A DNA stretch of 63,821 nt, filler included, from Octopus bimaculoides (taxonomy: Eukaryota), in assembly GCF_001194135.2 (NCBI RefSeq). It is 7 parts of 7 records of this genome, joined end to end, with 100 filler letters (N's around TTAATTAATTAA, not from the genome) between each part and the next. Parts side by side here need not be neighbours in the genome. Positions count along the whole stretch, not along the records: positions 1 to 18,193 come from NC_069004.1; positions 18,294 to 31,548 come from NC_068985.1; 5 more parts are not named here. One strand, written 5' to 3'. The translations under genes were made by a program, and so were the position numbers. This document shows, in pieces, positions 14,947-29,059 of the stretch. The notes under the pieces were generated by a model. The model did no database searches, had not been told where the DNA came from, and saw only the letters and a list, made by a program, of their open reading frames with translations. Numbering within the stretch: the stretch's first letter is position 1; each line of letters begins with the position of its first letter.

Positions 14947-15072
14947 GGAATCCTTTGAACGTTTGTTTGTAGCAGAAACTAAAATTATTGACAGGGATGT
15001 TTAAGAATGTTCTCTTATAATCTTTAACAATTCTTTTATGCTCTAATCTTGAACATCCCATGTCCAACAGTT
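14947..15072 (-). CDS. Candidate symmetrical exon (126 nt, phase 1 to 1)
   Basis: ctgac branch-like motif, acceptor caatacag|, donor |gtaaat; open frame xLLDMGCSRLEHKRIVKDYKRTFLNIPVNNFSFCYKQTFKGF. Confidence 0.3.
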
Positions 15073-15199
15073 CTGTATTGACATAAAATGTCAGCAAGAA
15101 CTCAGTAGTTTAGAATAGACCCTGTCTGACCCCTAAGATTCTTGTCTACACTTTGAGCAATTGTTAAATGTATTTACTTCTGCTGCTATGTTTAGCAGG

Positions 15200-15920
15200 T
15201 GCTACTAATCTGGACTGTCTGAGGGATATGCCACTATCTGGAGTATTTGAAGGGTACACCACTAAACTGGACTGTCTGAGGGTATGACCCAACTTTTCGT
15301 CTGTCACTGGCCAATGTCACTTTGTCCACATCTTTTGGTCCGATGTCTTTTTGTGCGATGATTTATTTTGCCCAGTGACTTTTTGTCTAATTTTAGATAA
15401 ACTCTTTAGAAAACAAGGTAAACACCAAAATCAAATAATCATTGAGAATTTTATTGATAGGATTTGTCGTTGGACAAAAAAAAAAATCATCGGGCAAAAA
15501 GACGTCAGACAAAAAGACATGGATGAAAAGATGTTTGATGTAGTGAAATCGGACGAAAAGACATAGCACTGGCTGAGGGATACGTCACTATCTGGAATAT
15601 CTGAAGAGTGTGCCACTAATCTAGACTGTCTAAGGAATATGCTACTATCTGGGGTATCTAAGGGATATGCAACTATCTGGAGTATTTGAAGGGTATGCCA
15701 CTAATATGGAGTGCCTGGGGGATGTGTCACTATCTGGAGTTTATGTAGAGATACCACTGCTTGGAGTGTTTGAGGGTATCTAAAGGATATGCAACTATCA
15801 GGAGTATCTGAAGGGTATGCCACTAATATGGAGTGCCTGAGGACGTACCACTATCTGGAGTGTAAGAAGAGTACGTGCCACTATCTGGAGTGTAAGAAGA
15901 GTATGTGACTATCTGGAGTA
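15200..15920. repeat. Minisatellite of 28/29-bp units (ccactatctggagtatctgaagggtatg-like)
   Basis: About 15 diverged units, with partial 28+29 alternation, split by the 15293-15560 insertion. Confidence 0.85.
15293..15560. mobile_element. Degenerate modular palindromic (foldback/MITE-like) insertion inside a minisatellite
   Basis: Ends cttttcgtc / gacgaaaag; tgtc/tttt-rich modules on the left mirrored by gacaaaaagac modules on the right; TSD not resolved. Confidence 0.5.
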
Positions 15921-16240
15921 ACCAGTTGATGTAATACTTTTTTCACAGAAGCTTTCATCTGATGTCAGAGTCTTATGCATTTTTATATCTTTAGAATAAA
16001 CATTCCCAACAGCCAGTCAAGTACCTCATTTGTTGTTTTCATTACTGGTGCTAGCAATACAATATTAGATATTGTCTTGCTGTAAGACTAAAGCTACAAC
16101 TGCTAATTTATGTATTTTTAAGTCTGGTGTAGTAGTCTATGCTCATGACACTTTCTGTATGTACAGTCATAGCCAAAAATTTGGAACATAGGTTTGAAAA
16201 TTAGAATTTTTACATTAAATACCCAAATATATATGTTGTC

Positions 16241-16402
16241 ATCATCATCGTCATCATCGTTTAACGTCCGCTTTCCATGCTGGCATGGGTTGGACGATTT
16301 GACTGAGGACTGGTGAACCAGATGGCTACACCAGGCTCCAATCTGATTTGGCAGAGTTTCTACAGCTGGATGCCCTTCCTAATGCCAACCACTCCGAGAG
16401 TA
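16241..16402 (-). mobile_element. RTE 3'-end copy
   Basis: (cat)n cgtttaacgtccgctttccatgc...ggatgcccttcctaatgccaacc. Confidence 0.85.
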
Positions 16403-18056
16403 TTGAATTCTATTTGGACATAACAATTTTAATTTTTTTTAAATGTTCCAAACCTTTGGCCACAACTGCATCATTCAAAACTATACCTTGTTATTTGTAC
16501 AACTTTCATCTCAAATAGGAGAGATACAAATATCATTTATGTAAGCTTGTGAAGCAGTTTTACCTGTCAAATACAAACATTATTTAAACCCCAAATTCCA
16601 TATATCTATCAGCTGATGTTGTTATTAACTTCATTGGTTCCTCAAGAATTTCAAGAGTGGATATCCAGGATCATCCACAGAGAAATTACGCATTCACTAG
16701 CGTCTTGTGATCTTCATGACGATAGAACATAACCACCAGATTAACAAGAAATAGCAATGGTTTTAGTGTCATAATAAACAGAAGCATTGACGACAACAGA
16801 TCCTTGTGCTGCTTTCAATTAAGATTGTTAACCAGGCCATTGTGAGCCTTTCATTAGAGTAGTCTGTTTATTTTCCTAGGTCAATGAATCTATGAACCCC
16901 CAGAAGAGGATCTACATAAACATTCTTTTGTATTCAAGACATAACAGAAGGGATTCTGTCATGGTTTTCTGATTGAAATCTTGATTTTCATTCCCCCAAA
17001 TCTTAGACTAACATGATTTAATATCTATCCAAGTAGAAGGGACTCATTTTAGAGAAGTATTGTTAGTCATCTCCCCTGCAGTAAAAGGTTTGTGGATTAG
17101 AAGCAAACTTGGTATTAATATTGGTTTGTTGGAGTTTAATCTCAAAGAATAACAAACTTTTTCACTCAGCAACTCCAGTTCATAATTCAAAAATATTTAT
17201 TTCTCCTCAAGAGGCTGGAATGTAAAATTTCCAGCAATTTTTGTTCATTTTTGTTTCTTCTTTCATAAATTGGTGAGCTGTAAACTTATGTATATATTTA
17301 TGTACATATGTGTATGGATGTATGCATGTATTTATACGCACATATGTATTCATACATGTCTGCTCTTGTGTATATTTATGTAGGCATGTGCAAGTATATA
17401 TGTGTGCGTATATGTATATGTATGTATGCATAAAAATGCTAGAGTGCATAAATGTATGTATATACATGTAAATGTATGAGTGTATATATAAAATACTTTT
17501 ATACTCCTAAAATATCATCTTCAAAGCTATATTTATTTTAATTCAGTTTACTAAATACATTCTCTTTATCTACCAATTTAACAACAGTTGACCATATTTT
17601 TCTAATACATTAAAAATAATTATTTTTAAACATTGTTAAGACTTATCTAATATAGTAGTTAATTTATGACAACAATACATAATACTATAATCAACTAATT
17701 AATTAATTGTGGTTAATTCAGTTTGATTTTTAGTAAACTACAAAATAAAAACTGTCATCAAGTCATAATGAGTTAGAGAAAACAGAATAGGTTGAAATTG
17801 ATTATGACATTTCAATTAGTAACATTAAGTATATTAAGTTCCTACAGACATTGCATACATACACATACATGCATATATATGTGTGTGTGTGTGTCTAAAA
17901 CCATTTCATTTAATCTCTTGAATCCTAAGAATTTAAAAGAATTAATTCAGAATAATGAAATTTAATTTATAATATTTCTTGCTATATATATATAAACAGA
18001 CACACACACACACACACATATATGTATACAGACACATATATATATACATATATATA

Positions 18057-18088
<32 letters not shown>

Positions 18089-18237
18089 CATACATATATA
18101 TATATATACATACATATACATACTTATATATATAGACATGTATAAATATATATATACATATACACATATATATATATATATATATACACATATNNNNNNN
18201 NNNNNNNNNNNNNNNNNNNNNNNNNNNNNNNNNNNNN

Positions 18238-18249
18238 TTAATTAATTAA
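18238..18249. other. Assembly linker TTAATTAATTAA centred in a 44N-12-44N gap
   Basis: Identical 12-mer in 100-bp gaps also at 31593-31604, 34794-34805, 49278-49289, 57479-57490 and 60551-60562; technical, not biological. Confidence 0.9.
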
Positions 18250-18800
18250 NNNNNNNNNNNNNNNNNNNNNNNNNNNNNNNNNNNNNNNNNNNNTATATAA
18301 ACAATTACAAATTAAATATGAAACATACATACATACATACATACATATACATATATATATATATATATAGTAAGCATAAAAAAAAGTCCGAACTTACCCC
18401 CTTCATAAATAATAATAACATAGATGCATAAAATATATAAATCAAAACAACCACTACAGAAATGCTTCTGCTGGTACTACTACTACTACTACTACAACCA
18501 CTGCCGCCACCACCCGCCAACCCCGACCGTCGAGCTGATTACAATGCCGACCTCGTCCCCTCCAACCAGTAGTAGTAGTCGTAGTAGTATTTAAGAAAAT
18601 AAAGTACTCACAGAAAACGCGGTCCTACAAACATGAAGCCCGACAAGAGATGTTCAACGTAAACTTCTCTGAATGACTTTGAACCTGGAGTAGTATTTCT
18701 TGCTAGCTTTATATAGAGAATACCATTCCCATTCGTCTTACTACGACCATGTACTACACGCGATAACAAACATATGATTACTAAAACTACCCAGGCCTGT

Positions 18801-18856
<56 letters not shown>

Positions 18857-19544
18857 NNNNNNNNNNNNNNNNNNNNNNNNNNNNNNNNNNNNNNNNNNNN
18901 NNNNNNNNNNNNNNNNNNNNNNNNNNNNNNNNNNNNNNNNNNNNNNNNNNNNNNNNNNNNNNNNNNNNNNNNNNNNNNNNNNNNNNNNNNNNNNNNNNNN
19001 NNNNNNNNNNNNNNNNNNNNNNNNNNNNNNNNNNNNNNNNNNNNNNNNNNNNNNNNNNNNNNNNNNNNNNNNNNNNNNNNNNNNNNNNNNNNNNNNNNNN
19101 NNNNNNNNNNNNNNNNNNNNNNNNNNNNNNNNNNNNNNNNNNNNNNNNNNNNNNNNNNNNNNNNNNNNNNNNNNNNNNNNNNNNNNNNNNNNNNNNNNNN
19201 NNNNNNNNNNNNNNNNNNNNNNNNNNNNNNNNNNNNNNNNNNNNNNNNNNNNNNNNNNNNNNNNNNNNNNNNNNNNNNNNNNNNNNNNNNNNNNNNNNNN
19301 NNNNNNNNNNNNNNNNNNNNNNNNNNNNNNNNNNNNNNNNNNNNNNNNNNNNNNNNNNNNNNNNNNNNNNNNNNNNNNNNNNNNNNNNNNNNNNNNNNNN
19401 NNNNNNNNNNNNNNNNNNNNNNATATATATATATTAGTATATGTGTGTATATATGAAAATACACATATACAAACAGATATACATACATATACACACACGC
19501 ACGCATACACACAGATATTGATATATATATAGATAAATATCGAT

Positions 19545-19835
19545 ATTTCTTTCTATCTATCAATCTGTTTGTCTGTCTATTTATCTATCAATCTATCTAT
19601 CAATCTATCTATCTCTCTGTTTGTCTGTCTATTTATCTATCTATCAATCTATCTATCTATCTGTTTGTCTGTATTTATCTATCTATCAATCTATCTATCT
19701 GTTTGTCTGTCTATTTATCTATCTATCAATCTATCTATCTGTTTGTCTGTCTATTTATCTATCTATCAATCTATATATATCTATCTGTTTGTCTGTCTAT
19801 TTATCTATCTATCAATCTATATCTATCTATCTATC
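19545..19835. repeat. Compound minisatellite of about 36 bp (ctatcaatctatctatctgtttgtctgtctatttat)
   Basis: Directly visible tandem units. Confidence 0.85.
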
Positions 19836-19837
19836 TA

Positions 19838-19880
<43 letters not shown>

Positions 19881-21011
19881 ATAGATAAATAGATAGATAG
19901 ATATAGATGTATATGTACTCCGACTCTCCCCAAATAACAGGAGTTTACAAATGTCCCACAAATCAAAGTTCCGCCTACAATCTACAGCACATAACACGCA
20001 AACCTCCTACGCACATTATGTCGACATAAATTACATACATTAAGTCACGCACACACATATACACACTGATAGAAAAAATAAATAAATAAATAAAATTATT
20101 AAACTAAAGGGTATCGAACGAATTATTTTCTTTTCAGAATAATAAAGAAAAAAAAAACATGTAATCAACTAGGAAGAATAACTACAACACAGCGCAACAT
20201 TAAAAGCATTAGACTGAAGAGGGGAGATTGACCTGGGTAAAACGTGTTACTACAGTGAGAAAAGGAAATATGAACTCTGAAGCGTCTAAAGACGTTAACA
20301 AGTCTTACAATACGAGCGCTGTATGAATGCCGTGAGCTCTTTAAATTTTTCTCTCGTGTTCTGTGTTTAGGAGTTGACAAAGTGTGTTGCGGTATTTAGT
20401 TAAGTTTCCTTTTAATGTTCTAAATTTAATCCCTCTGGGACTGATTTAAATTTTTTTTTTTTTTTTTGTACCTTTCATCTTTTCGAAATCGATAAATCAA
20501 TACCGTTGGAAAAATGAGATCGATAAAAATAAATACTCCCCCCCCTCCCCATTACGCCAAATTTGTGGTGTTCGAGGAAGCTACTCAGTGTTCATTGATT
20601 CTACCAAAATTAACAATGAAACAATGCAATATTCCACAAATGACACGGACTGCTTGCTACACTTCGTTGTGTTTCTGGTAATATGTTAAGGGAGACCTTT
20701 AAAAGTCTAGTCCCCGATTCACTCTACCTGAGGGTTACATTGTAGCAGATATTATCATAATACTGCAACATCAGTGCCGACCTAAGACTAATCTACAACA
20801 ATATTGACATTTCTATGACTTTGTGCCAATGTTAGGAATCACTAAAGTCGATAGGTAAGACGAAACGTTAGAAGGTCGGACAAAAGAACCAATGGCAGGT
20901 ACATCAAACTGCAGAGTCCCTATGGGCCACATTGCTCACATATACATTGCCATGGTGAGCCCATATCCAAACACGCACATACAACAAAGATTTCCATTGT
21001 ATGCATCCTTT

Positions 21012-21377
21012 ATTGTTGGCACTCCGTCGCTTACGACGACGAGGGTTCCAGCTGATCCTATCAACGGAACAGCCTGCTTGTGAAATTAACGTGCAAGTGG
21101 CTGAGCACTCCACAGACACGTGTACCCTCAACGTAGTTCTCGGTATCCAGCGTGACACAGTGTGACAAGGCTGACCCTTTGAATTACAGACAGAACAGAA
21201 ACAGGAAGTAAGTGTGAGAGAAAGTTGTGGTGAAAGAGTACAGCAGGGTTCGCCACCATCCCCTACCGGAGCCTTGTGGAGCGTTAGGCGTTGTCGCTCA
21301 ATAAACACTCAGAACGCCCGGTCTGGGAATCGAAACCGCGAGTCCGCTGCCTTAACCACTGGGCCACTGCGCCTCCA
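21012..21377 (-). mobile_element. Full-length tRNA-derived SINE family C
   Basis: Head ggaggcgcagtggcccagtggttaaggcagcggactcgcggtttcgattcccagacc; tail ...cgtcgtaagcgacggagtgccaac. Other copies at 23713-24065(+) and 26411-26795(+). Confidence 0.85.
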
Positions 21378-21782
21378 CATCCATCCTTTATTATTAAGTA
21401 CAAAAACTTTCGAAACCATTCATTTACTCATCAATAATTCTATTTATACTAAATTATCATTAATTATTTATGTCATTAAATCCTTTTTGGATTCCCCATT
21501 TTCAACCCTCTAGCTACGTCGTTCGCTGCCCTCACAAGCGTTTGAAACGATCCACGTTTAGGTTGCAGGTTTGATATGCCTTCATTATGGTATCTATCCC
21601 GGCTATTTTCTTGCTCTGAGTTTAGGTCCTGTCAAACTGAAATTGTTATTTTTCGAAGATCAATCTAATAAAGTAACAATGAACTCCTGGATCTGACTTA
21701 ATCGATTGGTCCCTCCCGAAAGAATTTTGGTATTCTGCTAATATTAGGATCTATTTCTCGTATTTGTAATTTCATGTTAATT

Positions 21783-22212
21783 GCCCGCAGGGTGTTAATC
21801 ATAGAGGGGACAAACAAAGACAGACAAAGGGATTAAGTCGACTGCATCGACCCCAGTGCATAACTGGTACTTATTTAATCGACCTCGAAAGATGAAAGGC
21901 AAAGTCCACCTCGGCGAAATTTGAACTCAGAACGTAACGGCCGACGAAATACGGCTAAGCTTTTCGCCCAGCGTGCTAACGATTCTTATTTCTTTATTGC
22001 CCACAAGGGGCTAAACAGAGAGGGGACAAACAAAGACAGACAAAGGGATTAAGTCGATTACATCGACCCCAGTGCGTAACTGGTACTTAATTTATCGACC
22101 CCGAAAGGATGAAAGGCAAAGTCGACCTCGGCGGAATTTGAACTCAGAACGCAGTGGCAGACGAAATACCGCTAAGCATTTCGCCCGGCGTGCTAACGTT
22201 TCTGCCAGCTCG
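21783..22212 (-). mobile_element. Head-to-tail dimer of family A SINE (young)
   Basis: Two near-identical units joined at about 21985; intact head ggcggcgagctggcagaa and B-box gttcaaattcc. Confidence 0.9.
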
Positions 22213-24743
22213 CCGCCCTATCTATTACTCGTATTACTGAAAAAAAATTGGGAGCTAGCTAAATTGTTCAACGGGCAAAATGTTCAGTGGCATTCCGTCC
22301 GTAGTTACGTTCTGAGTTCAAGTTCCGCCGAAGTCGACTTTACCTTCCTGAGTTAATAAAGTAAGTAACAGTGGAATACTGGGGTCGATGCAATCGACTT
22401 AGATTCTCCCAGTAAATTGCCGGCCGTGAGCGGAAATTGGAAACCATTATTATAGAAAGAAAGGTGCATGGCTTAGTCTTTAGGTTTTGCGGCTCATAAT
22501 GATAAGGTCGAGGGTTCAATTTCTAGATATGGCAGCTCGCTGTTTTCTAAACTAAGGCAATTCATTTCCTGCTGCAAATGAGTGCCAGTCACCTGTTGAT
22601 GCACCCCTCCACACTAACACCATCCCTCCTTTCTTCCCCCTAACATCGTTCCATCCTCCTTCCCCCCTAACACTGTCCCTCACTCTCTCCAGCCGTTATC
22701 TTCTGAATGTGCTGTTCGATTAAAGTTATACGGACGGAGAGGTTACCCATATCTGCCCGCGGCTGAGGACGTACCTAAAACATTTAACGAAATCCTGGCT
22801 CACGTTAACAAAGCCATACTCGTTCACATGTGACGATTTATCACAGAATTGAAAGACCACAAAATATCTCTCCCATGCGGTAATTTCATACGTATGTTTA
22901 CGTTCTGAGTCCGCACCTCTGCCTAGTTAGGCTTAAAATTTTATCTTTCCAGTGTCAACATCCTAGTTTTTTTTTTTAAATTTCAAATACTACATGTGAA
23001 AAGCGAGTGCATCTATTTTGTTTACCTGAGCTTGGCTAACCACAATAAATATCACACAGGCTTTTTTTGTAGAGCTCTTACGATTTTGCCAATTTAACTT
23101 TAGCCCAAGGTCATATACCTTTCGGTAACATCGTATCGCAAACAGCATTTTGTTTTATATTGAATATCTGGTAGCAATCTAGGGATGTAAGGCAATATTG
23201 GTTTCAGCGCCTTTATGAATTCATAAAAACAATCTACTGAATTTGTTATTCATATTACGTCAAACTCAATTATTTCAAACTGTATCATAGGGCCACACTT
23301 TTTATGGCAATGTTCACTAACATAAAATATTACAGTTCTCTGTTTTATCAATGCAGTGAAATAACGGTTCTTCTGAGGTAAAGAAAACGTTAGAGAGATT
23401 GACATAATAAACGCAAGATCCTGAAAAATCTGCTAAGATTAAGATAGATATGAAATAGACCCAGGTTTCACGTAAAGCGACTGCCTCATTTCAAATATTT
23501 TTCATTAATTTCAGTTTAGCACAAGCAGTAAGGATGCAGCACGCATGATCGAATGATTGTGGTTTCGGTTCCCGGATCGGACGATGCATGTTGAGCTCTT
23601 GTACAAAGCATTTCCCATCATGTTGCTCCAGTGAGGATGCAGTTCCAGTTTATTCAGCTGGCAAAAGGAAGGAATGTGTAGAAGATAAAGCTCTTGTTAA
23701 TTGTTCATGGTGGAGGCGCAATCGCCCAGTGGTTAGGGCAGCGGACTCGCGGTCATAGGATCGCGATTTCGATTCCCAGACCGGGCGTTGTGAGTGTTTA
23801 TTGAGCGAAAACACCTAAAGCTCCACGAGGCTCCGGCAGGGGGTGGTGGCGAACCCTGTGGTACTCTTTCACCACAACTTTCTCTCACTCTTACTTCCTG
23901 TTTCTGTTGTGCCTGTAATTCAAAGGGCCAGCCTTGTCACACTGTGTCACACTGAATATCCCCGAGAACTACGTTAAGGGTACACGTTAATTTCACGAGC
24001 AGGCTGTTCCGTTGATCGGATCAACAGGAACCCTCGACGTCGTAACCGACGGCATGCCAACAACAATTGTTCATGAGTCTCGTTAATTACATTTACGCGC
24101 AGCCCTAGCAATACATTTTCATTCACCAGTAGCTACAATGACTATCACAATGGCAACAACACCTACGACAGTTTCATCATTCAATATTTGAGCGATTGGT
24201 TATATTTACACTCGCAAGGTAGGTACTCGTCAACCTACGACTGATGTGTTGCGCAGTAAAGAAATGAACCCGGAATTTAAAACTTGCGAAGTGAGTAACA
24301 TAAGCCCAAAACAATGTCTGCACCTACTGAGAATGTAATCATTAGAGTAAAAAACAAAGAAGAGAAAGACAGGATAGTCATGCCTGGAATAACTTTGAGA
24401 GTAGGTCTGACGTATATGCGTTGACCAGGGGCCAGGAAGAGAGAACAGATGCAGCCACACCTAAAACACTTATACATACATTAGCCAAGATAACCATGTT
24501 TGGTTGCGGGACTGTTGTTGTTGTTGTGGGTTAGTCCCAAGCTAGTCATGATCAACAAGATCTGTAATGAAGACGCTCCATTCCTGGCCACCCAATCTTT
24601 TTATTTTCATTTAAAAGCATTCAGCACATTATTCTCCAACGTTCATTTTCTTAATTAAGCTATCAGCGTATTGTTTGAGGGATAATGAGCTGCGAGTTTT
24701 TAGTTGGTTGAAAAATCTCATTGCGTTCTACTCCTGTAGACTT

Positions 24744-24778
<35 letters not shown>

Positions 24779-25035
24779 TGGAGGCGCGTGGCGTAGTGGT
24801 TAAGGTGTCAGAATCATGATCGTAAGATTGTGGTTTCGATTCCTGGACCGTGTGACGCGTTGTGTTCTTGAGCAAAACACTTCATTTCACGTTGATCCAG
24901 TCCACTCAGCTGGAACAAATTAGTAACACTGCGATGAACTGGCGTCCCTTCCAGCTGGGGAACACATACGCCATTGAAACCTGGAAAACAGGCCCATGAG
25001 CCTGGCTAGGCTTTAAAAGGGCGCATCTATTGATT
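24779..25035 (+). mobile_element. tRNA-derived SINE with a different body (family F)
   Basis: Head ggaggcgcgtggcgtagtggttaagg...ggtttcgattcc, body ttgagcaaaacacttcatttcacgttg...gcgatgaactggcgtccc. Fragments at about 10420-10570, 22465-22590, 23560-23680 and 53690-53810. Confidence 0.7.
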
Positions 25036-25036
25036 A

Positions 25037-25114
<78 letters not shown>

Positions 25115-26837
25115 CAGCTGCAGTAGTGGTGATAGTAGTGGCGAAATAGTGGTGGTGGTGTTCTTGGTGGTGTTGGAAGTGGTGGTGGTGGTGGTATTTG
25201 TGCCTGTGGATGTAGCAGTTGCGATAATTTTATGATTACTGAGCTTATCAGAACTTGTACGCATCACAATGCATCACAACGATTAAACCTATGCGTAACC
25301 GATTCATCCGCTCAAAATATGCAGCTAACTCCCCTTTAGTCCACGCCGTACAACCTTAATATAGAAAGGACTTATTAAGCAATGTAGCCCTAGATACAGA
25401 AGAAAGACTTTGAACCAATAAAAAGAGTATTTGTGAGGTCATTCAACATACAAGAAATAAGCGCTACATCTCCCTCAAGATGCATCATTTCGTCCCATAA
25501 GAGAACACTGGACAATACAGTCCGCCGCAAAATACTGCTTACACAATGTAGTCATATTCAGATGTGAATGTCTGTTCAGTCAGAGTTGTCCTAGGGTTAA
25601 AGAACCATAGTATTGGAGCAAATGCAATAGCCAGAGTGACATTAACAGGAGTAACAATCGTAAATGTAGATATTACCATAGAAAACCCGCGTCAGAGCAT
25701 ACTTTGTCAGAGCATACAACATCGTGAACATTTTACAATTCTCTAGAAAAATTATGGCTGCTGCAGACTTCGTCTAAATTACGGTGTCTTTACACCTATA
25801 AAACTCTAAGGACTTAGATGGAGAATAAGAGTAAAAAAGTTGATCGTGACAAAGCAATTGCTCATTGGACAATCCCAGTTACAATGTGTCACATGTATCA
25901 GAGAAGGACATCCGTATGATCAAGAAGACTATGCACACTTCGGTGAAATATTAAGCAATGCAATGGTAAAACTTTCTTGAAATATAATACTGTGTTTAAA
26001 TGACCAGTACCATGAATGTTAACTGTTTCGATTTTAAGTTTTTATTCCTGTCGGGATACATACATACAAACATACATACATACAAACAGATTAATGAGAT
26101 TAAATGTCTATCTCGCGATCCGAATTTCACACCGCTATGTGTGTGTACGTATATATATATGTGTGTGTGTGCGTGTTATCTATACGGTAATTTTTAAATG
26201 CAAGGCCACTGTTACAATCATTTTATGATTATATGCTTACCGTATATATATANNNNNNNNNNNNNNNNNNNNNNNNNNNNNNNNNNNNNNNNNNNNNNNN
26301 NNNNNNNNNNNNNNNNNNNNNNNNNNNNNNNNNNNNNNNNNNNNNNNNNNNNNNNNNNNNNNNNNNNNNNNNNNNNNNNNNNNNNNNNNNNNNNATATAT
26401 ATATATATACGTGGATGCGCAATGCCCCAGTGGTTAGAGCAGCGGACTCACGGTCGTAGGATCGCAGTTTCGATTCTCAGACAGGGCGTTGTGGGTGTTT
26501 ATTGGTGAAAACACCTAAAGCTTCACAAGGTTCCGGCAGGTAGGGTGGGGGGCGAACCCTGCTGTACTCTTTCACCACAACTTTCTCTCACTCTTTCTTC
26601 CTGTTTCTCTTGTACCCGTATTTCAAAGGGCCAGCCTTGTCACACTCTGTATAATGCTGAATCTCCCCCCCGAGAACTACGTTAAGTGTACATGTGTCTG
26701 TGGAGTGCTCAGCCACTTGCACGTTAATTTCACGAGCAGGCTGTTCCGTTGATCGAATCAACTGGAAACCTCGTCGTCGTAACCGACGCAGTCCCACGAT
26801 ATATACATGTATATGCATACATACATACATACATACA

Positions 26838-27443
26838 TGAAGACTGCGGAATAAATGATAATCAGATGGGACAATGTCCGGCGAATATGGTGAGTGGGAC
26901 ATCGTTTCCCATTCAAATTATTCCAGGCTTTGGAATGTTATCCTTGCTCTTTGTGGCCGAGCATTATCCCGATGGAAAAACACCTTTCATCTTGAAACTA
27001 AAAATGGTCGTTTTTCTTCTAGCGCTGACTTGAATGATTGGTTGAATGATCAAATCCAAGTATCTCTGTTCGTTTCCCAACAGTTACGATGGGATTTTTT
27101 TCCACCATGGTTTTCAGAAAGTCCTCGTAGTTTATGGCTTCGAATTTCTAGAGCCACAGCTGACACTGGCTTGCACTTATTGTCCTCTACCCATATACTG
27201 CACTAATATTTTTTTATTGAACTCATAAAGCAAAATATGCCGAATATACTCCTTTGTCACTTCCATTATAGCGTTGAAAAAATGACAGTTAAAATCGAAA
27301 TGCACTCTTGAAAACTTGCACCAAGAAGGTAAAACTGCTACCCGCTTTTACAGCAAGCTGACGCAGGTAGGTTATGCAGTCCCCCGCCGACTTTTAGTTC
27401 ATGCAATTGCAAAACACAGCATTACTTATGGGATGACCCAATA
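26838..27443 (-). mobile_element. Mariner relic with internal deletion
   Basis: Minus-strand HRDNARP and SHSPYSPDIVPSDYHLFRSL (YSPDLAP-D motif); TIR tattgggtcatcccataagtaatgc ending at 27443. Confidence 0.85.
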
Positions 27444-27689
27444 TCTATCTATCTATCTATCTATATGTATATATATATGTATCTATGTATGTATATATAA
27501 ACATATATGTATGCATGTTTATGTGTGTATGTGTATGTATAAAAAAATCAGTTGTATACGGAAGAATGGAGAGAGAGAGAAAGAGAGAGAAAAAGAGAAC
27601 ATGGACCTGTGCGTGTCTGTATATGTGTGTGTGTGTTTGTGCGTATGTGTATGAGTGAGCGTATAAATGTGATGTGTGCTGTGTTGTGT

Positions 27690-27728
<39 letters not shown>

Positions 27729-29059
27729 CGTATATGCAAAGAGGGGTTGCGAAAAGACTGCAGATGTGTACGAAAGAAGTGATAATCCGAAAGAGAGAGA
27801 GACAGAGAGACAGACAGACAGACAGAAGGTTAGAGAGAGAGGGAGAGCGAGGGAGAAAGAGGCAGACAGACTGAGTGGAAGAGAAAGAGAATACAATTAA
27901 GAGGATAGGGAATGAGTATAGGTGGAAGGTGGTCCGAAATGCAGAAAATTCGCAGACATACCGGCAGGCAGTCATAGAGATACATAGAGAGAAAGCCAAG
28001 TAGATGGCAATTAGAACCACCGCATTGATACATCTATATATATATATATNNNNNNNNNNNNNNNNNNNNNNNNNNNNNNNNNNNNNNNNNNNNNNNNNNN
28101 NNNNNNNNNNNNNNNNNNNNNNNNNNNNNNNNNNNNNNNNNNNNNNNNNNNNNNNNNNNNNNNNNNNNNNNNNNNNNNNNNNNNNNNNNNNNNNNNNNNN
28201 NNNNNNNNNNNNNNNNNNNNNNNNNNNNNNNNNNNNNNNNNNNNNNNNNNNNNNNNNNNNNNNNNNNNNNNNNNNNNNNNNNNNNNNNNNNNNNNNNNNN
28301 NNNNNNNNNNNNNNNNNNNNNNNNNNNNNNNNNNNNNNNNNNNNNNNNNNNNNNNNNNNNNNNNNNNNNNNNNNNNNNNNNNNNNNNNNNNNNNNNNNNN
28401 NNNNNNNNNNNNNNNNNNNNNNNNNNNNNNNNNNNNNNNNNNNNNNNNNNNNNNNNNNNNNNNNNNNNNNNNNNNNNNNNNNNNNNNNNNNNNNNNNNNN
28501 NNNNNNNNNNNNNNNNNNNNNNNNNNNNNNNNNNNNNNNNNNNNNNNNNNNNNNNNNNNNNNNNNNNNNNNNNNNNNNNNNNNNNNNNNNNNNNNNNNNN
28601 NNNNNNNNNNNNNNNNNNNNNNNNNNNNNNNNNNNNNNNNNNNNNNNNNNNNNNNNNNNNNNNNNNNNNNNNNNNNNNNNNNNNNNNNNNNNNNNNNNNN
28701 NNNNNNNNNNNNNNNNNNNNNNNNNNNNNNNNNNNNNNNNNNNNNNNNNNNNNNNNNNNNNNNNNNNNNNNNNNNNNNNNNNNNNNNNNNNNNNNNNNNN
28801 NNNNNNNNNNNNNNNNNNNNNNNNNNNNNNNGGGAGGAGGAAAAATCAATAACAACAACAAATTCGATCTTCTACAACGATTATAGCAACCTGTAGCTGA
28901 CCAAAACCAACAACACCGATCGACAGGAGATTGCAGAGAAGTCACCCTCGTGGCAAAGCCTTCGGTTATGAACAAAATACACCCCAAAAGACAGGCCTTT
29001 TTTATTTTTATTATTGGGAAATAGTATCAGTTCAGGATAGAGCGAAATATACCTTAAAC

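Noticed and set aside
15200-15920. CRISPR-like 28-29-bp repeats
   Set aside because: Units are contiguous without unique spacers, the context is eukaryotic and there are no cas genes.
21310-26480. tRNA-like sequences with A and B boxes (e.g. 23713-23785, 26411-26480, 21310-21377)
   Set aside because: They continue into SINE bodies and lack a paired acceptor stem; SINE heads, not tRNA genes.
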